Assembly (NCBI RefSeq): GCF_018350175.1
Contig: NC_058369.1
Coordinates: forward strand, 17,734,001-17,798,000
Source: Felis catus
Taxonomy: Eukaryota
Reading direction: 5' to 3'
DNA length: 64,000 nucleotides
A program made the position numbers and the translations under genes. The notes under the pieces were generated by a model. The model saw only the letters and a list, made by a program, of their open reading frames with translations, had not been told where the DNA came from and did no database searches. Positions 38,928 to 51,344 of this stretch are shown here, piece after piece; the first letter of the stretch is position 1; each line of letters opens with the position of its first letter.

Positions 38928-41900
38928 ATAAATAAAAGAACTTAAAAGATTTTTTTTTTAAAAAAGAGTAATTACCTAGGAGAAAGTACAGATGCAGGAA
39001 AACTATTTGACAAAATTCAAGATCCCTTCATGACTAAAAGTCCAAGCAAACTAGAAATAGAAAGCAACTTCCTCATTCTGATAAGAGGCACCAATGAAAA
39101 AGCTACAGCTAGCATCATACTTAATACTGAATGTTTTCTCCCTAAATTGAGACCCAGAAAGAGATATCTGCTCTCATCACTTCTATTTAACATTGCACTG
39201 GAGGTCCCAGCCTGTGCAATGAGGCAAGAAGGAGCAAAAGCAATACAGAGTATAAAATAAATAAACAGTAGAAGAAAAAAATGGAATAAAAACAAACCAA
39301 AACAATATGGCAAGTTAAAAAGAAAGAAGTACGGAATGAATAGGAGAGAGACCAATAAAAAGCACAAAATAAAATGGCAAATATAGTGCCAGTACAATAT
39401 TACACTAAATTTAAATGAAATGCTCCTGTATTTTAAAAAATTACTGGAATGGATTTCTTTAAAAAAGACACATGCATAAATGTAAGGACACCAAAAGGTT
39501 GGAAGTAATCTTCAGGTGTGGCTGGCAGTGTATGCAGCCTGGTGTCGCCATTCCCAAGAGCACTTTCTTAGTCAGTAATTACATACATCTCACTAACCTG
39601 GCAATTTGCTCCCATGCACACTTCCAAAAAATCCTCACATGGTTCCATAAAAGGAGATAGGAAGTACAGGAGGATGCCCATCACAATTATCTAGGATAGC
39701 AAGCTTAGGACTCAGACCAAAGAGAACGACACCACAGGGGTGGGCACAGGCCAGATGTACACAATGCAACATGGATGGGTCTTACAGACGCTGTGCTGAA
39801 TGCAAAAGGTAAAAGAGTTCATTGTACCCACAAAACAATGTACATTTTGCAAAGCACAAAGTGGCTCTCTGCCCCTCTCTCCCACTTGTACTCTCTCGCT
39901 CTCAAATAAAATTTAAAAAAATAGGGGCGTCTGGGTAGCTCAGTCATTTAAAGCATGTGACTTTGACTCAGGTCATGATCGCACAATTTGTGAATTTGAG
40001 CCCTCATCAGGCTTTCTGCTGTCAGCACAGAGCCTGTTTTGGGTCCTCTGTTTCCCTCTCTCTGCCCCTTCCACGCTGGCACACACATGCACATGCACAC
40101 AGGCACGCACGCGCTCTCTCTCTCTCAAAATAAATAAATAAACTTAAAAACAAATGGGTGGGAGGGGCTCAGTGGCTCAGGGGCTCAGCCCCTGAGTGGC
40201 TCAGTCAGTTAAGGTTAAGCTCCGACTTCGGTTCAGGTCATGATCTCATGGTTGGTGGGTTCGAGCCCTGTGTCAGGCTCCGTGCTGACAGCTAAGAGCT
40301 TGGGAGCCTGCTTTGGATTCTGTGTCTCCCTCTCTTTCTCTGCCCCTCCCCTGCTTGCACTCTGTCTCTCTCACTCTTTCTCTCAAAAATAAATAAACAT
40401 AAAAAAAATTTTTTTTAAATACATAGGGGCACCTGGGTGGCTCGTCAAAGGTCCGACTTCAGCTCAGGTAATGATCTCAAGGTTTGTGAGTTCAAGTCCC
40501 ATGTCGGGCTCTTTGCTGTCGGCCAGAGCCCCCTTCTGATCCACTGTCCCTGTCTCTCTCTGACCCTCCCCCACTTGCGCAAGTGTGCACGTGCATGCAC
40601 TCGGTCTCTCTCAAAAATAAATAAACGTGGGGTGCCTGGGTGGCTCAGTCGGTTGGGCAACCAACTTCACTCAGGTCATGATCTCACAGATTGTGAGTTC
40701 AAGCCCCGCATCGGGCTCTATGCTGACAGCTCAGAGCCTGGAACCTGCTTCGGATTCTGTGTCTCCCTCTCTCTCTGCCCCTCCCCACTCACGTTCTCTC
40801 TCTCTCTCTCTCTCCAAGAGTAAATAAACATTAAAAAAAATTTTTTAATTAAAAAAACATAAAAAAATAAAAATACAAATAAATGAATAAACTTTTAAAA
40901 ATAAAAAATAAATTAAAAATTTAATTTAATTTAATTTAAAATTTATAAATAAATAAATAAAACCCAAACCATGAAAAGGACATACACACTGGTAGCCTAT
41001 GGAGTGAGAGGGAAATGGAATGGTCATGTGAGATTAAAGTAAATATGTAAGATGACAGGGGCTGGTCTTGCCCAAACTGATGATAATCAACCTGCCATGA
41101 GCTGAGAAGTTTGACCATCTCAACCATTTCTATACCCGCGACCAAACACAAAACACAGATGTGGCAAAGGGAGACCTTGGGACCAGCCCATGAAACAGCC
41201 TAAACCGAGATGCAATGCAAATCCAGGGGCCAGACCAAGAGGACACAGGCACGGCACAGTGCGACGTGCCTTCCAGGGCCCACAGGATGATACCTACACA
41301 AATCACATACAATCCTCCACCAGGTGCATGCACGAGCTGTGGGGTACACTCACACCAAGGCATGCACCTTGCTGGTACAGGTACACATCCAGGTACATAC
41401 CCGGGGTGAGCCACAGGGCCAGCTGAGGCCACCAGCCCCGAGAAACCTGCTCAGCCCAAGGCTGAGTGAGGTGGGTGAGCTGCAGTCCTCTAGGGTCGCA
41501 GGGAAAGGGGCAAGGGGCTAAGTGAGCAGGCTCTGGGGAGCTCAGCCCAGAACAGGGGCACCCCACCCCCACCCCCACCCCCACCCCTGGTCCAGTGCTC
41601 TACCACCTCGAGGGGGCTGAGAGGCCGGAGGGGCAAGGCTATTTCCCTTTCATGTACACTCCTGCTCGGGGCAGGCTCAGGCCTCCCCCCCTGCGACCAC
41701 CAGGCACCCACCTGGCCTCAGGCACAGAACACTTTTCCTCATCCCACACAAATTTCTTCAGCACATCAGAGCAGCAGTATTGTTTGTAACAGGTGCCACA
41801 GCAGAAATCAGGACAGGACTCAGGGAAGAGGATGCGTCCACGGGAAGCCACACACACTTCACTGTGGACTGGAGCAGAGAAACACACTTATTAATCTGTG

Positions 41901-44284
41901 GCCACAGGGCCAGGCCTCATGCCAGATCTCAGCCATGTCCTGGCTAGCACAGCCCCTTTCCCAGCACTGCCAGCAGGCACAAGCATCTGGGCCATCTGTG
42001 AACCATCCTAGTCATTGGCCACCTCTAGCCGAAGCCCCCGTCAGCCTTGCCCTCTTCCCTGTCCCACAGCAGAGCACCTAACCAGCCCCCTTCCCTCCCC
42101 CACCAGGAGATTGACCTGGTGGGGGAGGGATTGACCTTTCTAAGTGGGAGTTTGACTGGGCTACTTCCTGCTCTCGGACCATCCCTGGTCTCTACTGCCT
42201 CAGGATCAAGTCCAGAGTCCACAAAACAGGGTTTGGACTGCAAAAGGCCTTGACGGTCACCCCAGCTTTCCAACTCTACCCACATTCTGCCTATATTCTT
42301 CACGCCTGCTTCCCATTCCCCACCTTCAAATCTACTCATCCTACAAGGCCTCACTCCAGGCCCCCTCCTCCAGAAACTGCCCAAGCCCAGCAATCACAGA
42401 GCTGAACAGTAATACCCCCAACTAGCTGCTGGGGCCCAGGCACTGGACCAACTAGTTCTCAATCCTTATTCCCTCTCCTCACCTGGGCCTGGGCCCCTGC
42501 TAGACACTGGACTGCAGGGGCCTGGCCCTCACAGACCACACGACAGGCTGTCTCCAGACCAACTCCCCATTGGCTACAGTTACACCCACCATATAAGAGT
42601 CTGTGAAACAATTAGCCCTGGGCTAGGGCTGCAGCGGGTGCCTAGAAAATGTTTATGCCCTCAGTGGCCAGGGCTCCGAGGCAGAGGCACCACTAGGAGT
42701 CCCAGAACCATTACAAGGCTCCCAGGCAAAACTGGGATCTAAGGATATTCCCCCAGGCTGGGGTATAGACAACACTTCACTGTACCAGGCCATGCTGAGA
42801 GGACCTGGCTGACAAGTGTGGGAAGTGACCAGGGCTTTGAGAGACCACAAGCCTTGCAAACTTCCAGGAAGATGCTACAGCCAAATGTTCCCATGCATCC
42901 TGAGGCTATGTTAGCAGAGACCTAGTGCCCACCAGCAGGAGGGGGCAGTCCCGGATCGTGCCTGGGCAGACCCCCACTTAGAACACCCAATCCAGTAAGG
43001 CCCAGATGACTATGGTAGCTGATAAACCATGAAGTGTGGCTACTTCACCTGGAAACAGTGCTGACACAGCACCTGGAACCCAGAGACCCAGAGTGGCCAG
43101 GGCCCCGGGGCAGCGTGCAGTGTCTGGAGACCATGTACAGAGCAAGGCCCACAGAAAGAGGCACTGAGTGGCCTCCCTGAGAAGAGATAACTAGGAATGG
43201 GATGGGGGCGGGGGAGGGGTGCTCTGCTCTTGGCAGGTTCAGGCAGAACTCTGCTCTGGGCAAAGCTGCAGGCCAGAGGAGCTGACCACTACCAGGCTCA
43301 CCCTGGTAGTAGGTAGGATAGTAGGTATGGTCAGCATGGCCCATGCTCCTGGGTTACTCGGGTGAGCCACCTCCAGCAGGGTCTTTACAGCCTTTACAGT
43401 CACGGCCCAGCCTCCAAGCTGGGACTGAAGACACAACGCCGACGCTGTCTGGGCCAAGAGCCCATGACACAAATGCTCTTTTGGGCCCCAGACACTTCCC
43501 AGTGGAGGAGGTTTCCCGGATCTCACTGGACCAGGGAACTGGGCTCCATCTTCTCACTTTCCCACCCCAGGTCCCCACATTCATCTCAGCCCCCAGGAAA
43601 TAAAGCCCTTCTCCTGGAGGAAGCCACTCACCCCAGAGGGATCATCCGCTTCCTCTGGCTGGGCAAGGGGTTGTTCCAATTCCTACCCCTAAAAGGCCCC
43701 CAGCCTGGCCTCCTCCGCCTGTGAATCATCTGTCTACCGTCAACACACACACAGTGATGTTTCTTCCAACCCCGGGGAGACCGGCCTCAACCGGGCAGGG
43801 GCTTCCACCCAGTAAACAGAGCCCAAGGGAAAGCCTCTGATGGAGGGGCCAGGCCTCCCTGCTGCCACCACCCTAGGCTAAGGACTGGCGGGGACTCCCA
43901 CCCCAGCCCCTGGGGACCCAATCCCTTGTAACACGTGAGGGAGCACAGACCCCACCACCACCACCACCATTCCCGGGCAGAGCAATGGTGGCAACTTCCT
44001 AGGGTCTGGGCAGTGTCAGTTCAGACTGGGAGGGGTGCTGCGGTGGAGGTCAGGTCAGTCCTGAGGGTTAGCTGACTGCCTCGCGGTTAATGGGGTGCGA
44101 GACACTGTGGGGATGGTGTTGCCTGGGCTCACGCCAGGGGCGCACGGACGTGGCTGCCCCGCTCCCCTACACACTGTCCCCGCCCGGGACAAACTCCCCC
44201 CACCCCCAAAGGCTCACCACCTGGAGGCGGCGGGAGCAGCAGCAGCAGCAGGAGGATCCGTGGCGTGGGGACACGCGCAGCCAT
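24291..44284 (-). CDS. SHISA5: Protein shisa-5 / Scotin (238 aa, 6 coding exons)
   Basis: complement(join(24291-24370,24487-24699,24848-24963,32268-32351,41712-41868,44218-44284)) = 717 nt, phases consistent. Signal peptide [17 protein letters not shown], Cys-rich shisa domain ([15 protein letters not shown]), TM helix plus Cys cluster, Pro/Tyr-rich tail with PPxY motifs (PPSY, PPPY, PPAY). Confidence 0.95.
25861..26189 (+). mobile_element. Tandem long Can-SINE (25861-26070) plus short SINE (26086-26189)
   Basis: Two SINE heads, separated and flanked by AAAACATGGAAGGAG-like duplications. Confidence 0.88.
26511..26552. repeat. (AC)n microsatellite, ~21 units
   Basis: Direct reading. Confidence 0.95.
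27256..28270. mobile_element. Cluster of five SINEs (+27256, +27359, +27642, -27841..28034, -28040..28270) including a long (AG)n tract
   Basis: Repeated SINEC heads and tails in both orientations. Confidence 0.88.
31591..31760 (-). other. SHISA5: Candidate alternative first exon of SHISA5 for a short isoform (5' boundary is a guess)
   Basis: Minus strand ...ACAGATGGC|GTAAGC. ATG at 31595-31593 splices in frame to exon 4, giving [10 protein letters not shown]..., 137 aa. Confidence 0.6.
31795..32025. repeat. Degenerate CACCAT/CACCAC low-complexity repeat
   Basis: Recurrent caccat/catcac/caccac units, with many CpGs. Confidence 0.75.
32420..40960. mobile_element. Fragmented old L1 (+ strand; pieces at ~32420-32900, 35460-36620, 38340-39260) densely invaded by ~23 Can-SINEs
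   Basis: L1-like segments (AGAAGACAATGGAATG, TATGCACCTAATAACA, CTATTTAACATTGCACTGGAGGTCCCAGCC) interleaved with SINE heads. Confidence 0.85.
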
Positions 44285-44620
44285 AGCTGGGTGGCGGACG
44301 GACAGAAGAACAGACGGACAGAAGAAACAGGGGTCGAGGTGCAGCCGCAGCCTCAGCGACCCGTGCGGCCACCGCTTCCTCGCCCCGCCCTGGCGGCCTG
44401 TTCCGGGAGCCCCGCCCGGAGGAGGGAGCGGAGGGGAGGAGGGCGAGGCGAGGGAAGGGGAGAGGACGCCCCTCCCAGCCTGCCGGCCAGGCCCATGTCC
44501 GGGGGCCAAGCAAAAACTATGGCCCGGGGCCGTTTAGGACGCTGACAGGCGCCTGGAGACCACCGACGTTGACTTCTGTGCACGGGATACTTTCTGCTCC
44601 CTGCCCCGCTCCCCCTCCAC
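44030..44620. promoter_or_regulatory. CpG-island promoter and exon 1 of SHISA5
   Basis: CpG-rich; GC boxes at ~44383 (CCCCGCCC) and ~44410 (CCCGCCC) upstream of the ATG at 44284 on the minus strand. Confidence 0.8.
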
Positions 44621-45145
44621 CCCGAGCCCCAGTTCCTAGCCCTTGACCCCAAGGGGGTCTCCACTGGAATCTGCATCCTAACACTTGGGAGGCTGGACAC
44701 AGCCCCTCCCCTCCCCGTGGCCCTGGGCCCTCCCATGCCCTTCATTCTGCATTGGAGGACCAGGTGAGGTGGTGGGGACAGTGCCCAGAGCAGACCTGGG
44801 CACACAGTAGGCACTCAATAAATGCCAGTCCCTTCTGCAAGCCTAGCCCATCACCTCACCCACTGGGTTGATACCTCTATGCCTTCAGGCATCCTACCTG
44901 CCCCCCCCCTACACCCCTCCCAGCTCAGGGCAAGCCTGCTTCAGATGGCCTGGTCTGAGGATGGGAACTGGAAGCTCCCAGGCACACCAGGCCACCTCCT
45001 GGCTCAGGGGGAGTCTGGCTGGGCTTCATCCGTGTCTGCTCCAGACCATATGCTCACACAAGACACCTTGAGATGGGGCAATGGCTAACGGTGGCTCTGC
45101 CACCCACTGTGGAGCAGGGGTCTGGGCAGAGCCAGGGAAATCGAG

Positions 45146-45486
45146 AAGTCTGTTCCAGCTGCTATAACAAAACATCATAGATTTGGGGGCTTGTAAACAA
45201 CGGTTCTGCCCACTGAGAAGTCCAAGATCAGGCTGCCGGCAGATTCTATGTCTGATGAGAGTTTCCTGGTTCATAGATGATTGTCCGTTCCCTTTGTTTT
45301 CACTTGGCAGAAGGGCTCAGGGACCTCTCTGGTGCCTCTTTTATAAGGGCACTAACCCCCATTCATGAGGGCTCCACCCTCAAGATCTAATCACCTCCCA
45401 AAGGCCCCACCTCCAAATACCATCACCTTGAGGTTAGAATTTCAACATATGAATTTTACGAGGACACAAGTGTTCAATCTATAGTG
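45146..45486 (-). mobile_element. MaLR LTR, MLT1A-like
   Basis: GCTGCTATAACAAAA...AAGTCCAAGATCA...TTTTATAAGGGCACTAA...CACCTCCCAAAGGCCCCACCTCCAAATACCATCAC. Confidence 0.8.
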
Positions 45487-46474
45487 AGCATTTTTTTACC
45501 CAGGGTTTCTGACCTGCCTCCCACCTGCACCGGGCATATCTAGTACATTATACTCAAGGCAGAAAACATGAAAGGTCACGCTAACGGGGCCCTGGAGCCA
45601 GGGCATACATCCTGTGCACCACACCACATGTTTCTCACCTGAGGACAGAGTGAGACCTGAGAGGGCAACCTGGGGTGTCCTCAGTGCAGTTCCCCAGGCC
45701 AGCGTGTGAGAGGAGGGAGGAGAGGGCTTGGCCACCACCTGGCCGGGAAAGGCTCCGGGCTCAGCACACGGGGCAGAAGCTGACTATCCCTGGTTAGAAT
45801 GAGGAGCCCTCCCCGTCCTGCCACGCTGCCTCTGCCCCTCTGCAGCACAGCCTGAAGCTGGACACAGCCCAGGTCCCCCTTCCCCATGCACAACAGACAC
45901 CACGTGCTCACCTCCACGTCACTGTCCAGCTGTCCTCTGACCCCCCACCCCATTCTACTCCCTGGGTGTCCAGCCTCTACCTCCCACAGACTTGTCTCTC
46001 TTCATAACCCAGTCCTTATCCCCAGCAAACTCCCAAGAGTTGTCCTTTCTTACCTCCTGTCACTTGTCTTTGGCTTTCCTGCTCTGACACCTCCCCCCAA
46101 TTTCTTCTAGGTGCCTTTCCCCTGGCCTCATCCTCCCTGACATTTTCAGGATTGGGATCCCCGTGCTTGCTCATCCTCCCACACGTCACAGACAAACGCG
46201 TGAAACCTTCATGGTGGAGGATGGTGGCGGCTCCATGACCCACCCCGAGCTGTGCATGGATAGGAGGGGCTGGAGGCCAGGAACACCCAGTGGCTGGGAA
46301 ATCACAGCCATGCATCTGACAGGCATATGCCCATGGTGGGGGCAGAGGACACCAAGCCTGTGAAGCTGGGAAATGGTAACTTCCACAGCTGCCCAGGGAA
46401 ATCAGCCCCTCCAAAGCAGAAATCAAACTCCCTGTGCCAAACATGAGGGTCTCAACAAGATTGAGTGTCCTCCA

Positions 46475-47514
46475 TCAGCAAAACTAAAAGGCAACCAACA
46501 GAATGAGAGAAGATATTTGCAAATGGCATATCAGATAAAGGGTTAGTATCCGAAATCCATAAAGAACTTATCAAACTCCACACCCAAAAAACAAATAATC
46601 CAGTGAAGAAATGGGCAGAAGACATGAATAGACACTTCTCCAAAGAAGACATCCAGATGGCTGACACATGAAAAAATGCTCTACATCACTCATCATCAGG
46701 GAAATACAAATCAAAACCACAATGAGATACCAACTCACACCTGTCAGAATGGCTAACACTAACAACTCAGGCAACAACAGATGCTGGCAAGGATGTGGAG
46801 AGAGAAGATCTCTTTTGCATTGTTGGTGGGAATGCAAACTGGTGCAGCCACTCTGGAAAACAGGAGGGAGGTTCCTCAAAAAATTAAAAACAGAACTACC
46901 CTACGACCCAGCAATTGCACTACTAGGTATTTACCCACGGGATACAGGTGTGCTGTTTTGAAGGCACACATGCACCCCTCTGTTTCTAGCACCACTATCA
47001 ACAATAGCCAAAGTATGGAAAGAGCCCACATGTCCATCGATGGATGAATGGATAAAGAAGATGTGGTATATATATACAATGGAGTATTATTCGGCAATCA
47101 AAAAGAATGAAATCTTGCCATTTGCAACAATGTGGATGGAACTGGAGGGTATTATGCTAAGCAAAATTAGTCAGAGAAAGACAAATATCATATGACTTCA
47201 TTCATATGTGGGTGGAATTTAAGATACAAAACAGATTATCATAAGGGAAGGGAAGCAAAAATTATATAAAAACAGGGAGAGGGACAAAACATAAGAGACT
47301 CAAATATAGAGAACAAACTGAGGGTTGCTGGAGGCATTGTGGGTGGGGGGATGGGCTAAATGGGCAAGAGGCATTAAGGAAGACACTTGTTGGGATGAGC
47401 ACTGGGTGTTATACATAGGGGATGAAACACTGGAATCTACTCCTGAAATCATTATTGCACTATATGCTAACTAACTTGGATGTAAATTTAAAAATTTAAA
47501 AACTAAAAAGAAAA
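46475..47514 (+). mobile_element. 5'-truncated carnivore L1 (end of ORF2, 3'UTR, A-tail)
   Basis: ORF2 C-terminal peptide [21 protein letters not shown]...[13 protein letters not shown]...[15 protein letters not shown]-rich 3'UTR; TSD AAGATTGAG(T/G)GTCCTCCA. Confidence 0.93.
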
Positions 47515-47532
47515 AAGATTGAGGGTCCTCCA

Positions 47533-47607
47533 ATGACACTCTTGATCTCAGGGTCATGAGTTCAAGCCCCACCTTGGGTGTAGAGTTTACATTTAAAAAA
47601 AAAAAAA
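47533..47607 (+). mobile_element. 5'-truncated short tRNA-head SINE
   Basis: ACTCTTGATCTCAGGGTCATGAGTTCAAGCCCC followed by an A-tail. Confidence 0.8.
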
Positions 47608-48284
47608 GTGTACTCAACAAGATTGAGGGTCCTCCAGACAAGACACATGATGTGAGGACCCAGACCAGCTAGACTAGCTCAGCAAAAAAAATGCCAGGCA
47701 CAGGTATGGGGTAGAAGGGCAGGGAAGCTGGGGCTGTTCTCAGAACCACCCCTCTGACAGCCTTTCTCCTCAGGCCTCCCCCACCCCCTTTCATTCCAGC
47801 AGGTGCCCTTCCGTGCTTAGAGGCAGGCCCTACCTAAAATTATGCCTCTTTCCCATGTGGTCTACACCTCATCGCAGGGCACCACCCCCCCACACCTGCT
47901 CCCCCCCTGTTCCAGGCCAGTGGCACCACAGTGTCCTCCCCTATGACCTCACCCTCTCCCTCTGCATTCTGCCTTGCACTGCCTGCTGGTGTCCTGGACC
48001 ACCTGACTGTCACCTTCCTCACCTTCCTCCCACAACTCCACTCTTGCCCCCTACCCACTGTGCTCACAGTGGCCCCTGCCCTGACCTCTCACCCAGCGCA
48101 TTGGTCTCTGAGATTTCCTGCCCATCCGCCGCCATCCAGGCCCTGAGGACTCCCAGAACACCACCTCCAAAGACCTTCTGGGCCTCCACAGACAACTGAC
48201 ACCTGTATCCCCTGTTCCACCTGATCACCAGGCTGGTGCTCAACTTCCCCCCCACTCTGCCACTCTCATCTCCAGAACATTCTT

Positions 48285-48870
48285 TTAAAAAAATTTTTTT
48301 TCAACGTTTATTTATTTTTGAGACAGAGAGAGACAGAGCATGAACAGGGGAGGGGCAGAGACAGAGGGAGACACAGAATCCGAAACAGGCTGCAGGCTCT
48401 GAGTGGTCAGCACAGAGCCCGACGCGGGGCTCGAACTCACGGGCCATGAGATCATGACCTGAGCCAAAGTCCCAAAGTCGGACGCTCAACCAACCAAGCC
48501 ACCCAGGCGCCCCTCCAGAACATTCTTTTACTCACCACTGACTCAGCTCTGGTCTCACCACCTCTCTCCATGCTTCCAGTCTTGATCTTCCTAAAGAACA
48601 AATCAGTAGCCCTCCCGACTCTAAACCCTGCAAGGGTTCCCCAAAATTCTTTTTTTTAAGTTTATTAATTTTGAGAATGAAAAAGAGAGACAGAGAGAGA
48701 GAGAGAAAGCATGAGCGGGGAGGGGCAGAGAGAGGAAGAGAGAGAATACCAAGCAGGTTCTGCATTGTCAGCGCAGAGCCCAACTTGGGGCTCGATCCCA
48801 CAACCATGGGATCACCACCTGAGTCAATATCAAGAGTCGGATGCTTAACCAACTGAGCTACCCAGGCACC
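48285..48870 (-). mobile_element. Two antisense Can-SINEs (48285-48512, 48648-48870)
   Basis: SINEC bodies; the first has TSD TCCAGAACATTCTTTTA. Confidence 0.88.
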
Positions 48871-50014
48871 TCTCTACCCATGGCTCTTAAGATAAAGTTC
48901 CAACTTCAGTCCCAGCAATAAATGGGGCTCTTCGTGCTTCCTGGCTCTGCAGACACCACACACATTTCCCACCCCTCCCTCAACCTTTATATTCCAGTTG
49001 AAATACCACCTCCTCCAGGAAGCCTCCCAAGATGTCAAGTCTGAGTTAGGGCTCCCCTCTGTGACTCCCCCAGCCCAACACAAAAAACCCCCTGGGTCAT
49101 ATGGGTGTCTTCTGCTACTCTGGGGGCTCTATGAGGCTGGGCTAGTGTCTGTCTTCTGTATCCAGCACAAGGGCCATGCATGCACATAGTAGGTGCCAGA
49201 TAATTGAAAAAGGAAAGACAAGATCCCCTTCAGCCCACTGACCTCTTTCCCCTGAGTCCCAGTCCTGAAATCACTCCCCCTGGGGGCGGGCTGCCTCAGT
49301 GCCCCCAGTCCTCGGTGCCACCCATAGGAGGGGCCTGTGGCAGCTGGCTGTCTTCTACTTTCCCCTCCAGTCCCGCCCTCCACCCTACCCTGTCCTGGGG
49401 CTCCCTTTTCCTGGGCTTCTTTCTAGGCCTGGCAAATAGAAGGCAAATTTGGGTGGTCAGGTGGGAGAGGAGAGTGCAGGGGTGGGGCTGCTCCCCCCTA
49501 CTCCTTCCCCAACCTCCTGCCTGCAGTCAATATGTGCCACCCCATAGCCACTCCTCTCTCCTCCTTCTCTTTCAGGGCCATAGTGCTCAGAAACGGAGAC
49601 TTATCTAGAGGGCCACAGGAGTGAGTGACTTCAGAGATCCCTCTGGTGGACAGATTACAGGAACTGAAACTGGAGGTGTGGGGACCAGTACGTGGCTAAG
49701 GGATGGTCCCACACCAGGTTCCGGTAACCCTTCCCCACTTTGCCCCTGTAAGGCCTGTGGACTGAAACGTCTCCTGATGTTAGCCCCTGGTGCTGCCCCG
49801 ACCTAAGTGGCCACTTGAACCTGTCTATAGCTCTGTAAATGGCCCCTGTATTGAGCGCTGACCTCAAATGCCCAACCCCCAGTGTGTGGCCAACCTGTAG
49901 TGGCAATTCTGCATGGGGAGCACCCAGTGATGCCCAGAAAGCCCAGTCCCTGACAGGGGGTGGGTGCAACCTGTCAGCCCAGGACTGAGACTCTGGGCCA
50001 GGAGAGGTGAGTGC

Positions 50015-50711
50015 TGTTAAAAAAAAAAAAAAAAAAAAAAAGACGGGGCGGGGTGGGGGGGGTGCGGGCTCGCCTGGGTGGCTCAGTCGGTTAAGCGGTT
50101 GAGCGTTGGACTTTGGCTTAGGTCTTGATCTCACGGTTCGTGAGTTCGAGCCCCGCGTCAGGCTCTGCTGACAGCTCAGAGCTTGGAGTCTGCTTCCGAT
50201 TCTGTCTCCCTCTCTCTTTTGCCCCTCCTCTGCTCTCTCTCTCTCACACACAAAAATAAACATTAAAAAATTAGAACAAAACAAAACAAAAATCACGGGC
50301 CCCAAATGACGTCCCTCAGACCAAGTTCCCAAACCAGGCCTTGATACCCGATCTAATTGCAGTTTCAACCTCTCCCAGAAATGTAGTCTTAACCGGTCAG
50401 TCAGGAATTTTTCAATCAGCGCCACTGAGTCGGCCTCTTGCTCCTCTCCCACCCCTCAAAGAAAGATGGGGTCGTCTGCATGATAAGACACCTTGCTTCG
50501 CCCCCCAGAAAGAGGCCAGGTCTGGAACAATCCTTTTCTTTTGCTAATAACCTTCCTGCTCCCACCCTCCTTCTATAGAAACCTTCCGTCTGGTCCCACT
50601 CCTCAGAGCTCCCCTCCACGGGTAAGATGAGATGCTGCCCACTTCAGGAATCACTTAAGAAAGCCAATTAGATCTTTAAAATGTACTCAGTCGAATTTTT
50701 GTTAATTAGCA
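50015..50711 (+). mobile_element. Solo ERV1-class LTR with a nested Can-SINE (~50064-50290)
   Basis: Termini TGTTAA...TTAGCA; near-identical 4-bp flanks GTGC/ATGC; internal TATAGAAA and AAAGCCAATTAGATC motifs. Confidence 0.65.
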
Positions 50712-51344
50712 ATGCTGAAGTAGAGGCCCCTGCCATTCCTCTTCACCCAGCACCTGGGCCCCTTTCTTCCACTTGAGAAGGCAGAAATGCCAGAGACTCA
50801 CTGGCTCGCTGTCCTTCGCCCCAGGGCAAGGGCCTTTGTCCAGGCCCAGCCAATCAGACGTACCCTCCCAGGAGTTCAGTTCGCTGCGGGGCTGGCTGCC
50901 ACGTCTGGACAACAGAGAGCCTCCTTCGAGGCTCAGGGCTCCAAGTGTCTGGGCTATGTGAGGATCCTGCAGTGTCTGGGCTACGGTGAGGATCCTGCGG
51001 TGGCGGTGGCGGTGGCGGTGGCTTGCTCAGCAGGCCAGAGCAGGACGGAGGTTTGGGCTGGAAACGAGCTGTCCGGCTCTGAGTCTTGTCCTCCGGCCCC
51101 CTCGGTGGCTCTGGAAGCTACACAAGTTCCTTTTCACAAATTCTGTTTCTGATTAGGTCGGGCAGAGTCCGTTTCCTGCAAGTGATAGAGATGTTGTCAC
51201 CAGGAATGGCAGAAGGTGCTGCGGGGAAATAGAGGTGGGTCCGGACTGGACATTTGTCTGGTAGGAGCTGAAGGCGGTGGAAACCCAGATAGGATGAAGG
51301 GAAAGGCTCCAGCGAACCTGGCAGCCTGAAGCCACTGCTGGGGG

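Noticed and set aside
33274..40827. Recurrent 60-160 aa ORFs such as [20 protein letters not shown], resembling a repeated gene family or array
   Set aside because: They are translations of Can-SINE bodies. Spacing is irregular and the context is eukaryotic, so this is not CRISPR-like.
41561..41587. (CCCCCA)n tract, G-quadruplex-capable on the SHISA5 sense strand
   Set aside because: G-runs downstream of splice donors are common in GC-rich introns; nothing specific supports a special role.
44297..44326. 14-bp direct repeat GACGGACAGAAGAA in the SHISA5 5'UTR
   Set aside because: Real, but a simple tandem duplication with no evidence of function.
46668..46961. L1 ORF2 C-terminal ORF as a functional gene
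   Set aside because: The element is 5'-truncated (~1 kb) and has stops/frameshifts.
49655..50452. 265-aa minus-strand ORF
   Set aside because: It runs through LTR, antisense SINE and poly-T sequence with no recognisable domain.
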